Source: Callorhinchus milii
Taxonomy: Eukaryota
Assembly: GCF_018977255.1 (NCBI RefSeq)
Contig: NW_024704742.1
Coordinates: forward strand, 47,308,001 to 47,372,000
Reading direction: 5' to 3'
Length of the DNA: 64,000 nucleotides
The position numbers and the translations under genes were made by a program. The notes beneath the pieces were generated by a model. It did no database searches. It was given only the letters and a program-made list of their open reading frames with translations, and was not told the DNA's origin. Position 1 is the stretch's first letter. Each line of letters begins with the position of its first letter. Of this stretch, positions 25,395 to 38,979 are shown piece after piece.

Positions 25395-25600
25395 TCGCTT
25401 CTTTTGGATAAGAAATTAAATCAAAGTCCTGGCAATGACTGGGATTCAATAATAACTTTTAAGAGAGAAGTAGATAATTATTTGGGGAGGACAAGTTTAC
25501 AGGACTATGGGGAGAGAGCGGGGGAGTTGGATAGCTCTTTTCAAAGAGCTGACACAGATACGATGGGTCGAATGGCCTCCTGTGCTGTATGATTCTATGA
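25395..25600 (+). mobile_element. CR1 3' end
   Basis: gatgggtcgaatggcctcctgtgctgtatgattctatga terminus; related copy on the - strand at 27060-27313. Confidence 0.8.
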
Positions 25601-25699
25601 TAGGTTCCTGGTCTGCCTGATCGCATTGATTTCAGAGAGCCTGTGAAAATATTTAAAAATGACAATAACTTGAATTTATGAGGCCCCTTCACTTAGGAT

Positions 25700-26475
25700 A
25701 ACAATGCTCAGCGTAATGCAATGACTGGGTCAGGTGCCGACCAAGGGAGAAGGGGAGGGAGACTGGTGGAGATTAGCATAGGAAAAGAGGTTTTTAAGTG
25801 GTCCTTAAAGACAAAGAGAGGATGAGAGAGAGGTGTGGAGGGAGTTCCAAAGGTTAAGAGTGTAGTTGCTGAAGGCTTAGACGCTGTTGGCGTGGAGGGA
25901 GTGGATAACCGAGCAGGTTTAGGCGAGCCAAAGGTGGCGGTGAGTAGAGGGTGGATATGAGATTGGGAAGTACTGTAGCATGAAGGGCTGGAGGTGATGA
26001 AATAATTCAAAATGTATTCACCTGAGGAAAGTATACGATGAGCTGGAAAGAAAATTGTCATCAATTTGGATGAATTGTATGAATACATTGATTTGGTGGT
26101 CAATATTGAATTAAAAAATGCCTGAGACAAGGTTATACACATTTCTATGTGGGATTTTTGATAGCATTTGCTTTTTTTTTTAAAACTTATAACTATTTGT
26201 CGTTTTATATTTGTAGGGAATTTCCTCTCTTGGTATGTACTGAAAGCTTCATCGCTTTCTAAGCTTCTATCGTCCAAGCCATTCTGCCCCATCCTGGAAT
26301 CGCTGCAGCTTCCTTCCTTGAAACCCTGCATTAAGACCCATCTCTTCCACTGTGTTTTTGGCCACTTCCCCCTCTGCTCCCCCCCATCATAAATTTGGCT
26401 CCCAGTCATCCATGTGAAGTACTTTGAGATGTCCCCCCAAAGTGAAAAGCGAGATATAAATGTAAATTATTGTTT
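25700..26475. mobile_element. Two decayed L2 3' fragments (25700-25995 minus, 26258-26475 plus)
   Basis: FKDHLKT / KPCIKTHLF remnants with L2-type tails. Confidence 0.65.
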
Positions 26476-26854
26476 ATCATGTTGAACAGTCTGTTCTAAT
26501 GTCACTGCCAAAATCTGGTTATTTATCAGCCAAATTATCTATTCTTCTAGGGTGTTTTCGAACTTTAAGAACCTGTTCTTTGAAAATTTGTTTATTTGTG
26601 CAAGCCTTTAATGGAGACCTTTTACATCAATCAATCAATTCTCAGCCCAACTGACTGGTACATTCAACAAAAAGATCCATTTGTGGGCAATCTTTACAGC
26701 GTCTTATCACATTGTTGAGATGTCTCAAAGGGAAATGCGGCAGCCAATTATGCACAGCAGTGTCCCACAGTGGTTAGAAAAAATTTCCATTGAAGAAATA
26801 TTATATTACCTCTTTTTATACAGTTTTTTTAAAAAATTATGTTCATCTCTACAG

Positions 26855-27037
26855 ATTATTCAGACCTAGATGTAACGCCAAAGTCACCTTTAGCAGCAAC
26901 ATGTAGTGATGGGCACCTGGGGGCGGTTGTAGAAGAAAGGAAGCGCACACCTAAAGAGCTCCAAGGCTTGTGGAGGAAGGCCATACTTCAGCAGATACTA
27001 CTTCTGAGGATGGAAAAAGAAAACCAGAAGCTACAAG
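26855..27037 (+). CDS. TBC1D1: TBC1D1 exon DYSDLDV...[27 protein letters not shown], calmodulin-binding region (phase 1-1)
   Basis: catctctacag acceptor, gtttgt donor, 183 nt. Confidence 0.95.
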
Positions 27038-27059
27038 GTTTGTGACAAGGCTGCTATCA

Positions 27060-27313
27060 GAGAATCATAGAATTATACAGCACAGAAAGCGGCCATTTGG
27101 CCTATCATGTCGGTGCCAGCTCTTGAAAGAGCTATCCAATTTAATCCTCCTTCCCCACTCTCTCCCCATAGCCTTGCAAATTTGTCCTACTAAAATATCT
27201 ATCCATTTCTCTCTTGAAAGTTGTTATCGAATCTGCTTCCACCACCTTTTCAGGCAGTGCATTCCAGATCCAAACATCTCACTGTGTGAAAATAATTCTC
27301 CTCATCTCCCCTC
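27060..27313 (-). mobile_element. CR1 3' end directly after an exon
   Basis: agaatcatagaattatacagcacag is the reverse of the CR1 terminus. Confidence 0.82.
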
Positions 27314-27964
27314 TGTTTTTTCCGACAAGGCTTTGGCCGTGAAATACTTTTGTGCATGAGACCCAAAAATCCATTTATAGCACCCAGAGTGGGACACTAT
27401 GAGAAAATTAGCTACTGTTTCATCACCTTCTGTTTGTTACCTCAATTGGAAGATTTGAGATGGCTTTTTGTAAATCCTATTATTGTAGAACGGTGCAGAA
27501 ATCTGTGCTCACAAATATTATGGTTGAGTGGAGGCTGCGACACTGAGCAGTTTATGTTGTATGTTGAGAAAGATCTCTACAATATAAATTCCTTTCTGAC
27601 CATAGGTACAATTCAAGGAGCATGGTTGCTAAGATTGGTTAGGACCACATGGCTTCTCTGATTGACTGGATTCTCGTGTACTGGAGGCTAAATAAGCTAG
27701 ATTTCTTTGCAGTGGTAGGTGTGCCAGCTTCTTGGTAATTGCCTCACTAACTGGAAATTCAATTGATTTGCTTTTACTGTAAAAAAAATAATCTGATGGT
27801 ACATTAAAAAGTACATTTGACCGTATGTACTTTCCGCACACAAAATATACAGTCATTTCACTTTACAGTGTACTCTGTGAAGCGCTTCAAGATGTCTCGA
27901 GGACGTGATAAAGCACTATATTGAATGCAAGGTTTATAATTATTATCATTATGTACACAATCTG

Positions 27965-29212
27965 GAAAGTGACAAATGACATTCTGTCCACCTACGACCA
28001 GGGCTTCCTCTGCCTCCTCATCCTCCTTGAACTCTCTGCTGCCTTCGACACTGGTGACCACTCTATCCTCATCCACTACCTCTCCTCTCACCTTGAACTT
28101 CAATGGTTCAGATCGTAGTTCTCACAGCACCCCCACTTCATTTCCCCAAACAGTTTCTCCTCTAGCCCTGGCACTATCTCGTGTGGCATTCCTCAGGGCT
28201 CTGTCTTTGGTCCCCTCCTCTTCAACATCTATATGCTCCCTCTTGGTGACATCATCTGCAGACAGGGGGGTCAACTTCCACACGTATACGGATGACACCC
28301 AACTCTATCTCTCTGCCTTCACCCTCGAAGTCCTGGATGAGAATTAACTTTCTTCAGTTGAACGTCAATAATACCGAGACTCTCCTGATTGGCTCTCATT
28401 AGCGCCTCCACACCTCAGGCACTGACAGCATCACCATCCCTGGTTGCACACTCCACTTCACTGAGCAAGTCCAGAACCTTGGGGTCTTGTTTGACCTTCA
28501 ACTATTCTTTTTACCCCACATCTGTGCCATGACTCTCTCTGCCTTCCCCAACCTCCGCAACATCGCCCGGTTCCGCCACTGTCTCACACCATAGGCCACC
28601 GAAACCCTCATACACACATTCATAACATCCAGGCTTGACTATGCAAACTCACTGCTTGTCGGCCTCCCCAACTCCTCCCTCCACAGACTGATCATCCAGA
28701 ACTCTGCAGGCCATGTCCTCTCCCGCACCAGGTTCCATGACCCTATCACCCCATCCTGGCCCAACTCCACTGGCTTCCCATCACACAGAGGATACAGTTC
28801 AAGATCCTGGTCCTCACTTTCACAGCTCTCCATGGGCTTGCTCCCCCCTACCTCTGCAACCTCCTAACCCCCTACCAACCTACCTGCTCCCTCCACTCAA
28901 TGGGCTCCGGCCTACTTCAAGTCCCCCGCCTCGCCCGCCCCACCATTGGCGGGTGGGCCTTCAGTCACTCTGCCCCTACCCTCTGAAACTCCATCCTGCA
29001 GTCCCTCCACCTCATCCCCTCTATTGCCTCCTTCAATACCCGTCTCAAGACCCTCCTCTTCGACCATGCTTTCGAACTCCCAGCTTCCACCCCCCCCTGC
29101 CCTCCACCCTCCCGAATCCTGACCCCCAGCTCAGGTCCAAAACACTGACTGTCCAGAGCCTTGGGACGTCCTCCCGACATGAAAGGCATTATGCAAATGT
29201 TGTGTTATTGTT
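27965..29212 (+). mobile_element. L2 LINE 3' 1.25 kb (RT C-terminal half, frameshifted)
   Basis: [47 protein letters not shown] remnants and an L2 tail. Confidence 0.92.
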
Positions 29213-29342
29213 TTAGTAACCATCAATGTCAATATCTGAGTTTCAAAGACTTCCATCAGTTTCATATCTCCTTCCTTATTCGAGTGTTTTCACTTGCAGG
29301 CTGCGAGCTACTGCTTGGCCTAATTAAAGCAAAATGATGCTT

Positions 29343-29510
29343 AGGAAAGTGAGTCAACTTTTCAGGTCCACGACTCTTCATCAGAACTCTCGTGGACCCA
29401 AAACGTTGACTCACTTTCCTTTCTCCATAGATGCTGCCTGACTTGCTGAGTGTTCCCAGCGACTTCTGTTTTTGTTTTCAGATTTCCAGCATCTGCAGTA
29501 TTTTGCATTT
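29343..29510. mobile_element. Penelope-like element terminal fragment with inverted duplication and hammerhead-like core
   Basis: The minus strand reads CTGATGA-agagtcgtggacct-GAAA; followed by gatgctgcctgacttgctgag...gatttccagcatctgcag; degenerate relative at about 39385-39478(-). Confidence 0.65.
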
Positions 29511-30532
29511 ATTGTGCAAAGGATGTTCAGTGAAGTCGATATAATTGTGACCCCAGGGGAAAGGAGATGATTTTTAATAAAATTAACAAGCAAATACTTA
29601 ACCAGCGCTCTGTTCAGAAGCTAATATTTAATATATTTGTAAACTGAATAAATCTTCCTCTTCACTCTGTGTTGACAGACCACTGGGCAGGAATAGGAGG
29701 GAGGTGAGGAAGGGTGGGAAGGAAAGGTAATGCATGGGTGGAACAGATAATAAACCCAAGCGATTACCTAATTGAAAATCTCAAGGTTACTAATATTTTC
29801 AGGTTGTGTGGGGAATTCTCTAAACAATGCAAATTTGGGAATTTATTTCAAATTCAACGTGAATCGGGGTAGTGGAGACCATTGATTTACTGCAGATCAT
29901 CGGCAGTGGTTGTTATGATTTGAGGCAATCTTTGTAAGAAGTTTGAAATTCCTTTAGTTAGAATGCTCCTCAAAAGTCACATAATTACTTGTACAGTAGT
30001 TGCTTAGACTGATTATGTGTATGTACTGTACCTCAGTTCCCTTGGTGTTGTTTGGCACCTGCCATTCCCTAATTGGAAGGATAGGTGATGATGTTCCTAA
30101 TCTAATTCCTTTATTGAGGAATGAGATTGAAATGTGTGTTGAAATACCCCCAAGCATCTGAGTAATGCTGGCACCTAAAGTCAGGGTGGAAATGTTGCGA
30201 GCTACCATTTGTTTATTTTGGATTACTGCATCTCCTGTAGATCCTCAAGCAATGAGCAGGTGCTGCTTTGCAGGGTATTGATTCAGCTGAGTCACTATCT
30301 GTAGAGCTGCAGTGAAATACTACAATTTAGAAACCAAAACCTGAGTTGAGCTGTTAAAAATAACATCGCTACACTTTACAGTAAAATCCTGTGATGTACT
30401 TTGAGAAATACTCCTGACGTGAAAGGTACTGTACCAAATGCAACCATTGCCTCAACGTTTCTTTTTTTTGCCTTTGTTTTCGGACTTCCCCATTTATATG
30501 GTGTTTTTCCATCATTTTCTTCTATTTTGCAG

Positions 30533-30694
30533 CTTCGGAAAGTGACCTGCAGAATAAGCGGTTAAAACTGGATTATGAAGAGATCACTCTGTGCCTAAAG
30601 GATGTGACTTTGGTTTGGGAGAAAATGCTAAGCACACCAGGCAGGGCCAAGGTGAAGTTCGACACGGAGAAGATTCATGTCGCCATGGGGCAAG
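30533..30694 (+). CDS. TBC1D1: TBC1D1 exon ASESDLQNKRLKLDYEEI...WEKMLSTPGRAKVKFDTEKIHVAMGQ (phase 1-1)
   Basis: ttctattttgcag acceptor, gtgagt donor, 162 nt. Confidence 0.95.
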
Positions 30695-31404
30695 GTGAGT
30701 GGCCAACTCCTACCAATAAGAAACAGATGAGATGCACTTTAGCCAACTGGAAGAAACTCCAATTTGTAACTTGGAATCGTTATTAAGGAATCCTTTTACC
30801 CCTCAATTTAGATTCTAGTATCATTCTTCCTCTTCCGCACCTTTTATTTGTAATATACAAAATGAACGACCTTGATGCATCCAAAGAGCTCCCACCTTTC
30901 CCTCCACTCTCTGCTTGAGGCCCTATTTGCTGCCTTGCCCCGCAGCACCGAGACCATCTCATCAAAGACCACTAGTGGTCTGTCAAAGGCACCAATGACT
31001 AGGGTGCTCTCTGCCACCTTGTCCAGTCTCTGTAATACTGGATGGTGTTAAACCAGATGACAAGGAGATGGTTGAGACCCAATGATATTTGTCAAAGTTT
31101 CTCCCAATAATTGGTTCCTACTTGTGGGGCAAGCAATGTTTTTTAAAATTAATTTCTCTCTTTATAGTAGTAATTATCTCCTTTAAAGTGTTTTTAAAAA
31201 TATTATTGAAATATTATTATTTTAAAATGAAACCCTGAGGTTGAATAATGAAACAGAGTCTTCTTATCACTGTACCAGACTTTCCCAGAAAGCAGAACAT
31301 TGCTTATGTTTTTATTGAATTGGAAAAACTGATCTTTAGAAAAATTGCTTTTAGCTTTGTGATGAGGGACTCCAATTACCTTTCAAGGTTGATCATGAAA
31401 AAGT

Positions 31405-31740
31405 AAACCTTGCATCTGATATAGTGGCTTATCACGTTGGTGAAACACCTCAAAGCGCTTCACAGAATATATTGTAAAGTATGTATTTTGTGGGCGAAAC
31501 ATGGCAGCCAATTGCGCAGTGTCTCACGAACAGTCGTGAATTGAGTGATCAAATTTTTTTTTGAGGGATTCTGACTCTCCTGGAAACGATCCACAAATCC
31601 ACTAACAACTGGATTGCTACTTACTGGTAGGAAAGCAGAAGGATGTGGAGTAAGGAAACTTGCCTAAGGATTCGCCCTGCGTGGGAATCAAACATGGGTC
31701 CTCTTTTGCAAGGCGAGCTCGCTAACCACTACATTATGGG
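31405..31740 (-). mobile_element. tRNA-derived SINE (long subfamily, decayed)
   Basis: Reverse tail, internal block and head. Confidence 0.8.
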
Positions 31741-32739
31741 ATGTTGTTGATGTACCAGGATGGGAGTTAAAAGCAGGAATTTATGTAGGAGTGGGAACAA
31801 AGGAGCAGATGGTGAGTTTTGCGCAATTAAGCCAGGAAGTTAGTGTCACGTGTGGAAGATGGGGAGTGTACAAGTGACATCTATGGTTTAGAAGAAGCAG
31901 AGGCAGCTGAACAGATCTAGTCAATTTTGGACACGTTTAAAAAGTGCTGAATATATGGAAATTGTTGCTTGTGGGAAAAGTATTTTGTAATCTTGCTTGA
32001 GGCTTAGATATCTACTGTGATATCTACCCGTTGCTTTAGGTCTCAAGATGTACCTATATCCAAATCAATGGTAACATCCCTCAGGTTTTCTTCAAATTGA
32101 ATATGATTTATGTAAGCTCAGTAATTGCTGGGTGTCTCAAATTTAAAGTGCTGTAGCTTGTACATGTGACTAGTACATTTGTTTTAAATTCCCATTATAG
32201 GGAAACCTTGCTCTAAGATGATCATATCAAACCCCATCTCTTTCTGATCATCAACCCACTCCTCTGCTTATCTCCGCTGCTCAGCGAGCTCAGGCTTGCT
32301 GCGTGTCTCTGGCCCTTTCCACACAAGCATCGGTCATCATGCTTTCAGATTCTTTGCCCCTTAGATGTGGAACTCCCTCTGTCTTGCTCCTGCTGTATCT
32401 TGCATATAGTCCCTCTCCCCCATCCGCTCTCCAAAATTCTATCATTCGTGAAGAACATGATGCAAATTGTTGTAGGTTTGAACTTTGTGTGTTTGGGTCA
32501 CTGCTGATCCTGCTAATAGGAACTTGTTTTTCATATTCAAGCAAATATTTGGCTTTGGTTTCAAAAGTTGTCTGCTGTTTGAAAACAAATTTGAGGTAAT
32601 TGCGTTGAAAATTACCAAGTTGATTCCTCTTCAGGACAAGCCTGGGATCTCATTCTGGCTGCAGCTAAACATTATCGAATGCAAAGATTATTATTTGTTA
32701 TTATTATCCTCATAAAAACATTTTTAAATCTGTGCGCAG

Positions 32740-32898
32740 GAGTACCTCGACAGCACCGTGGTGAAATCTGGAAACTTCTAGCAGAACAGCATCAACTGAG
32801 GCATCAATTGCCCCCAAAACAACAACCAAATGACACCCCATACAAAGAGCTGTTAAAGCAACTAACCACCCAACAACATGCCATACTCATTGATCTAG
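32740..32898 (+). CDS. TBC1D1: TBC1D1 exon [11 protein letters not shown]...QQHAILIDL, start of TBC domain (phase 1-1)
   Basis: tgtgcgcag acceptor, gtaagt donor, 159 nt; IxxD half of the arginine-finger motif. Confidence 0.96.
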
Positions 32899-35800
32899 GT
32901 AAGTCTTTGTTGTTTTTGTTCAGTCCCAATCTCTTGACTGTTGCATAATCTATAGGTATGATTTTCATACCAGTATCAGAGGAAGAAAATGGTCCTAGAC
33001 TTTTCAGCACTGACATAAATGGGTAGAACGACTGGATGAGCTTGGTCTTATCGACTTGTATTCATTCCGTGGGTAGAGTACTCACACATTTTAAGTTTAA
33101 CAGTCATCATCTTATCGATCTCCAGGCCTGATAAACTCAGATTGTCATGTTTGATATTCAGCTTCTTGCTTAGATGCTAATTGATTCCCATCAGAGAAAA
33201 AGAGACGTTGTCCACTGGCTTCTGTTTACAAGTGACCAAAGCGTCCAGTGGATTTGGTTCACTTGTAAAGTCTTTTGATATAATAGCACTTAGGTAATTA
33301 GGCATTTTTTCTTAAATATTACCCACAATCAATGCACAGATCAAAATGTTTTACTGGTAGAAAGTTGACATTCCATCACTTAATGGTACAGATAATTGTC
33401 ATGATGTACCTTGATAAGTTGCAGAGTAAAGTCTTGACCTGCAGAGGCAGCTTACACCCAATGGGCATGAGGGAGACCCATCTTGTACACACTGCAGCTG
33501 TCTGAAATCCACACTGGCCAACAGAGAGGGACAGTATCGCCTAATGGTACTGTGATATCATTCCTGAAGAGAAAACTGCCCTTTTCCATGGCTTGCTTGA
33601 TATTTTAGTCAGCATTCATCTCAATCCGACAGTATGGCAGGAGCTTTCATTTGAAGAATAATAAAGATCCTACAAGGTAGATAATGTTCCTTTCTCTAAT
33701 TGTCAAAAGACCCTTAACGCAGCGTTTTAATCACAGTGGAGAAAACCACAGGATGTGCATAACAGGTAAGATTTGTAGTCAGTGCCTGTCAGGTACAGTC
33801 ATATCCTAAAGTGTTAGGTGTTTACATTCTGCATTGTAACTATGAAGATGACATTGATTGATTGCCTCTTTCTTGGAAAAATGATTCAAAGTTCCACGTG
33901 AGGCCTTTTTTTGCAATTACTGCCTGAGGAAAAGGAAATCAAAACCAAGTTGAAACTTTGTGATACCAGGAATGAAAGCCAGAAATACAAAATGTACAGA
34001 AGCATGTTTTGCCCACAAAATATACATTCAATTTGCTTTAATATATTCTCTGAAGTGCTTTGAGACGTCTTGAAGTCGTAATAAGACTCTATATCAAATG
34101 CAAGAATTATTATTATAATGAAATCCTGTGTGAGAGCATTCGCTGGTATGAAACAAGATTCTCTGAGATGCTGCACTACTGATGTTTGCAACATTTCGGA
34201 ATTTGGATCCAGTTAATTCCCTGTTCAGTAGAGTAAACTTGCCTCTTCACACCTACTAAAAGAAGCGTACAGTATGTACAGCATGATACAATGTTTTGCT
34301 TCGCCTTGTACACTTTCCTGGGAGGGGCATTTGAAAGATCTGTTGGATTGAATAATTTTGTACTTCTAGCTTTTATCACCCCACGATATAGATGTGATTG
34401 TGAACTTTTCCAGCATTTGCACACACAACCAAGATTGGATTTTAGAGAAGGGGAAGGAGGAAGCAATACAATACAGATTTACATTTATGTAGTGCCTTTA
34501 GTTTCTGGACAACATCCCAAGGTGCTGGACAGTCCAGAGTTTGCAACCTGGAAGCAATGTATCTCTGGGGCAAAATTGCAGTCCTGGTCCAATAACCACC
34601 ATGGCTCTGTGAGAAATCATTCTGTTGACGTACGACGACTCCATTCAGTAAGTAGATTTCATTGGAGCATAGTTCCTGTAGGTCTACATGATGTACTTCA
34701 GTTATTGAAAAGCATCCTGTTCCTGCGACTCCATTGAGGTTTGAATATATGAAATCTATTAATCATGGATACTGATTCTGATTTATGGCTCAATTCAAAC
34801 CCTATGAATTAAATATGTTTCCTGGTTTTGATGTGTTTCTTGCAAAAATTGAACATATCTCGTCACCTGAATAGCATCTTGGCTTAATTGATAGTCTTTG
34901 ATCCCTTTGGATGAGAAGGTTGTGGGTTCAAGTCCCATGTCAGAACCTAAACTCCTAATCTAAGATGTCATTCTAGTGAAGTCCAGGTATGAGCATTGTT
35001 GGGAGGTGCCATCCTACAGATGGGACAAATGGGAATTTTCAGGTGAAAGGTAAATTTTCCATGATTATTCAAAAAGAGAAAACAGTTTCTCCCTGTGTAC
35101 TGGTCAAGAATTCTCCAGATAAATTGGTTACTCACCTCAGGGCTGTTTGTGAACCCTGCTTCGTGGAAAAAAATGGCTGTTTTTACCTACAGAAATAAAT
35201 TGACAGTAATTACTGTGTCATTTTAAAAATGTATATTATTAATATATTAATACTTTCCACATCACAAAGCTGCATACCCTGTTATCTTTATGGTTGAATT
35301 GTCGCACATTGTACTGCTGTACATAAACAACTGCAATCTTTACCAAAACAAAATCCTCCATGTGGGCATGGTAATTGAAACACAAACCAAGTTTAATATA
35401 AAGTGAAAAGAAAATCATAGCAATGTATACAATAGAAAATGTTTTCGAAGACTTGTCACATCAAATTCAGTCTTTTTAAGCTCTCACATTTTATACATCA
35501 GAAGTGTTGGGTATTGCAGTCACCAGGATTCAATTCTTGGAATCATTATTTGATCACTTCAATTGGTAGGATATTACTTGCCTTCTGTTAAAGTACTGTC
35601 TGGCAGTTTTCAGCAGTTACCTACCTACTTTGTAAAAATGCTACCCATGCCATGTTTTTTTGAGTTTGTGATTCATGTATTTATTGAAGGGAGATGTTTA
35701 ACTACATATTGATGCACATAAAAACAAACACTAGAATAAAGCCACCACAATTAAATACATAACCTCATCATATTTATTGAGTTAGAATGATGAATCACAC

Positions 35801-36402
35801 ATTACACAAATTGAGAATATGCCAGGCAATAGCGAGATACTGGTTCTTAGTGGGTGCTAAATCCACTTTAAAAAACATGATGACTGGCAGAATGACATGA
35901 CTGTATTTGATGATTAAAAAGAAGAAATTTAAGTTTATTAAAAAATCATCTCTGAGATGACCATAATCCATGTATAGAGGCTTGACAGACGAGATGCCAT
36001 CCTGAGACACTGTCCGGCATGGAGGGCGCTATATAAATCCAAGTTTTTGTTGTTGTTGTTGACATTGACAAATACACCATGGTCATTTTCTTTCTCTATA
36101 CTTTGACATTTAGACCTATTATACCTCATTATACCTGATCTGTATACCTCAACTCCAATTATACGCCTTTGCTCCATATCTATTGATGCCCTTACCTAAC
36201 AGAAAAATATCCACCTCAGTCTTGAAATTTTGAATGGATCTGGCATCCACAGCCTTTTGGGGGAGAGTTCCAGATTTAATTAGTGGTGTCACGAAATAGC
36301 TAATTCTTTACAAAACTCTTCCAACCCTGTAAGCAATGGTTGCACATGATGGATAATAGACACCTTTCTAGTGCTCTTGAGATTAAACTGTATTAGTTCC
36401 TT

Positions 36403-36658
36403 CAGCTCCCCTCTCGACTCTCTTCCCCCTCCTCGCTCCCTCCCTTCCCTCCCCTCACCCTGACCATTTCCCCCCTCCTTGCTCCCTCCCTTCCCTCCCC
36501 TCACCCTGACCATTTCCCCCCTCCTTGCTCCCTCCCTTCCCTCACCCTGACCATTTCCCCCCTGCTCGGGTCATGACCCAACTGTGCAGCGCCTTGGGAC
36601 GTCCTCCTGACGTGAAAGGCGCTTTATAAATGGAATCTTGTTGTTGTTGTTGTTGTTG
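36403..36658 (+). mobile_element. Young L2 3' tail with an internal triplication of a unit of about 46 bp
   Basis: ccccctcc..ccctcaccctgaccattt x3 (36424-36556), then stem-loop tail and (GTT)n. Confidence 0.88.
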
Positions 36659-36675
36659 TATTGGCATAATACATA

Positions 36676-36999
36676 GGAGTCCTGTAGCTCAGTGGTTAGA
36701 GCACTCGCTTTGCAAGTGAGAGACCTGAGTTCAATTCCAGGCAGGGCGAAACCTTGGGCAAGTTTCCTTATTCCACACAGAGCTTAATAATAATCCCTCC
36801 AAAAACCAAAAACAATAATTAAATTGGTCATTTTCAATCTATGACTGTTTGTGGGACATTGCTGTGCGCAATTGGCTGCCGCGTTCGCCCACAAATATAC
36901 AGTCAATTCACTTTACAGTGTGTTCTGTGAAGCGCTTTGGGACGTCCTCCCGATGTGAAAAGCGCTATATCAAATGCAAGGATTATTATTATTATTATT
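36676..36999 (+). mobile_element. Young full-length tRNA-derived SINE (short subfamily)
   Basis: Intact head, body and (ATT)n tail. Confidence 0.93.
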
Positions 37000-38214
37000 A
37001 TAGTTTATGATTTAGAATTGGTTATTTAATAGGTAATAAGTGCCTTTTTTTAATATGTGAAAGATGCAAAACTTGTACCTTTTGTAAAGGAGTGAATGAG
37101 GATAATCAACTTTAATCCCTTTTAAATGAGCTTCCTACAGATAATCAGATGTATTACTGAATAGGTGAAATTTATTCAGGAAGGGCGTCTCCACACAACC
37201 AGCACAGAAGACAATGGTACCTGTGATTAGGATTAATTTAAACTGGATTTGAAGGTGGGCAGTTCAATAATGGATCTGTATATGTGTGGCTATTCAGAAT
37301 AGGAAAAAAGAAGGATAAGATGAAAGAAAGCTTTTGTAGTATCTTTCCCTCCTGAGATGGAGCACTCTGGTGTAACCAGTCCTCTATCTAGTGCAACTTT
37401 AATTCGCAGTGACTGACAAGAGAGGGTTCAACCCAAGGCTGTTGTAGAGTCTTCTTCCTCTTGTGTGTCGGTCTGCCTCAGTTGATATAATTCTTCCCTC
37501 TGAGTCAGAAGGTTCAGAACTCAAGCCCCGTATTGGGACTTTGAACTCATAGTCTAGGCTGACAATCCAGTGACGTACTGGGGGTGGGGGGGGGTCCCTC
37601 TTCCTGTTTGTGGGACACTCCTGTGCGCAAATTCTCTGCCGCGATTGCATACAAATACACAGTCATTCCACTTCACACTAACTCCTGTCAAGCACTTTGA
37701 GACATGTTAATGTGATAACGCTCCATATCAAATGTAAGGAATATTATTCTTTCCCAAGAGCATAGGAGGCAGGTGAAAATATTCTTTGGTGGTGGGGGGG
37801 GGCCTAAGCGGAGAAGCATTCTCCTCATACATCCTGACCTTGTTTCTCTGAAGACTGCGGAGTGTGTGTGTTTCTCTTTCTGTTTGTGTTCCCGCATTGG
37901 ATCCAACTCACACTCACTCAATTCATTGACTGCCATATGTGTTTTACTTCTCGTCCCATTGCACACCCTGGAGCAGCCTCTCTTTCCGGCTACTGCATTC
38001 CATTTGTCACACTGGAGAAAAGTTAGATTTGGGGGGACTGAGTACCTCTGTCCCTAGCTTCCTGTCACCTAAAGCCACGAGCACGGTGAGCTGAGATTGG
38101 CAATCCACTGCCAAAGTAGATTACCTGAGCATCTTTCTCACCATCTGGTTTTAGTTACCCCAAACTGGAGATACACATTAAACCATATTGTACCACAGAA
38201 TATTAGATAACCTC

Positions 38215-38430
38215 TGCGTGTATGCATGCGCACGCATGTGTCTGCCTCCGTCTCTGTGCACATCTCTGCCTGTATGTGTGTGTCTCTGCCTCTCTCTGTG
38301 TGTGTGTCTCATTGTCTCTTTGTGTATGTGTGCCTCTACTCCTGGCTGTGCTTCTCTGTCTCTGTATGTGTGCCTCCCTGTCTCTGTCTGTGTGTGCACA
38401 TCTCTTATCTCTTCCTCTGTTTGTGTGTGT
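38215..38430. repeat. Degenerate (TG/TC)n low-complexity repeat
   Basis: tgtgtgtctctg-type units. Confidence 0.85.
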
Positions 38431-38979
38431 CAGCTCATGTCCTCTCCCACACCAATCCGTCTCCCTCCCCCTTCTCTCCTCCCTCATCCCTCCTGCCCTC
38501 CACATCCATCTCACATATCCAGTATGATGCGTGAAGTGCTTTGAGTTGCCCTGACATGAACGGTGCTGTATAAATGTAAAATTGTTCTTGTGTGTCCTTG
38601 TACAGGTTCAGCTGTTAATCTACACGTGGTTAAAAGTGGTGAAGGAGACCTTTGATTAAATAATTACAATACTAAATTGTAGACACAAATCACATTGGTT
38701 TCATTTTGGGTGGTAACTATTGCTTTTGGTTTCAATTATTGAGCTTACTTCAGTCGAATCAAGATTAGTGAGACTGACTGAGTAAAAACCCTAGTTATTC
38801 CACAAATATATTTCAGATTTTTATATTTACGTGTGGACATCCACATTCAGATCTCCCACAAAATATACAGTCCATTCACTTTACAATGCATTCTGTGAAG
38901 GGCTTTGAGACGTCTCAATGACATGATAATGCACTATATCAAATGGAACGATTATTATTATTTAATAATAATAATAGTA

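Noticed and set aside
25708..26409. 233-aa minus-strand ORF
   Set aside because: Chance fusion across two decayed L2 fragments and AT-rich spacer
38178..38544. Overlapping Cys/Val- and His/Arg-rich ORFs
   Set aside because: Produced by a TG/TC low-complexity repeat
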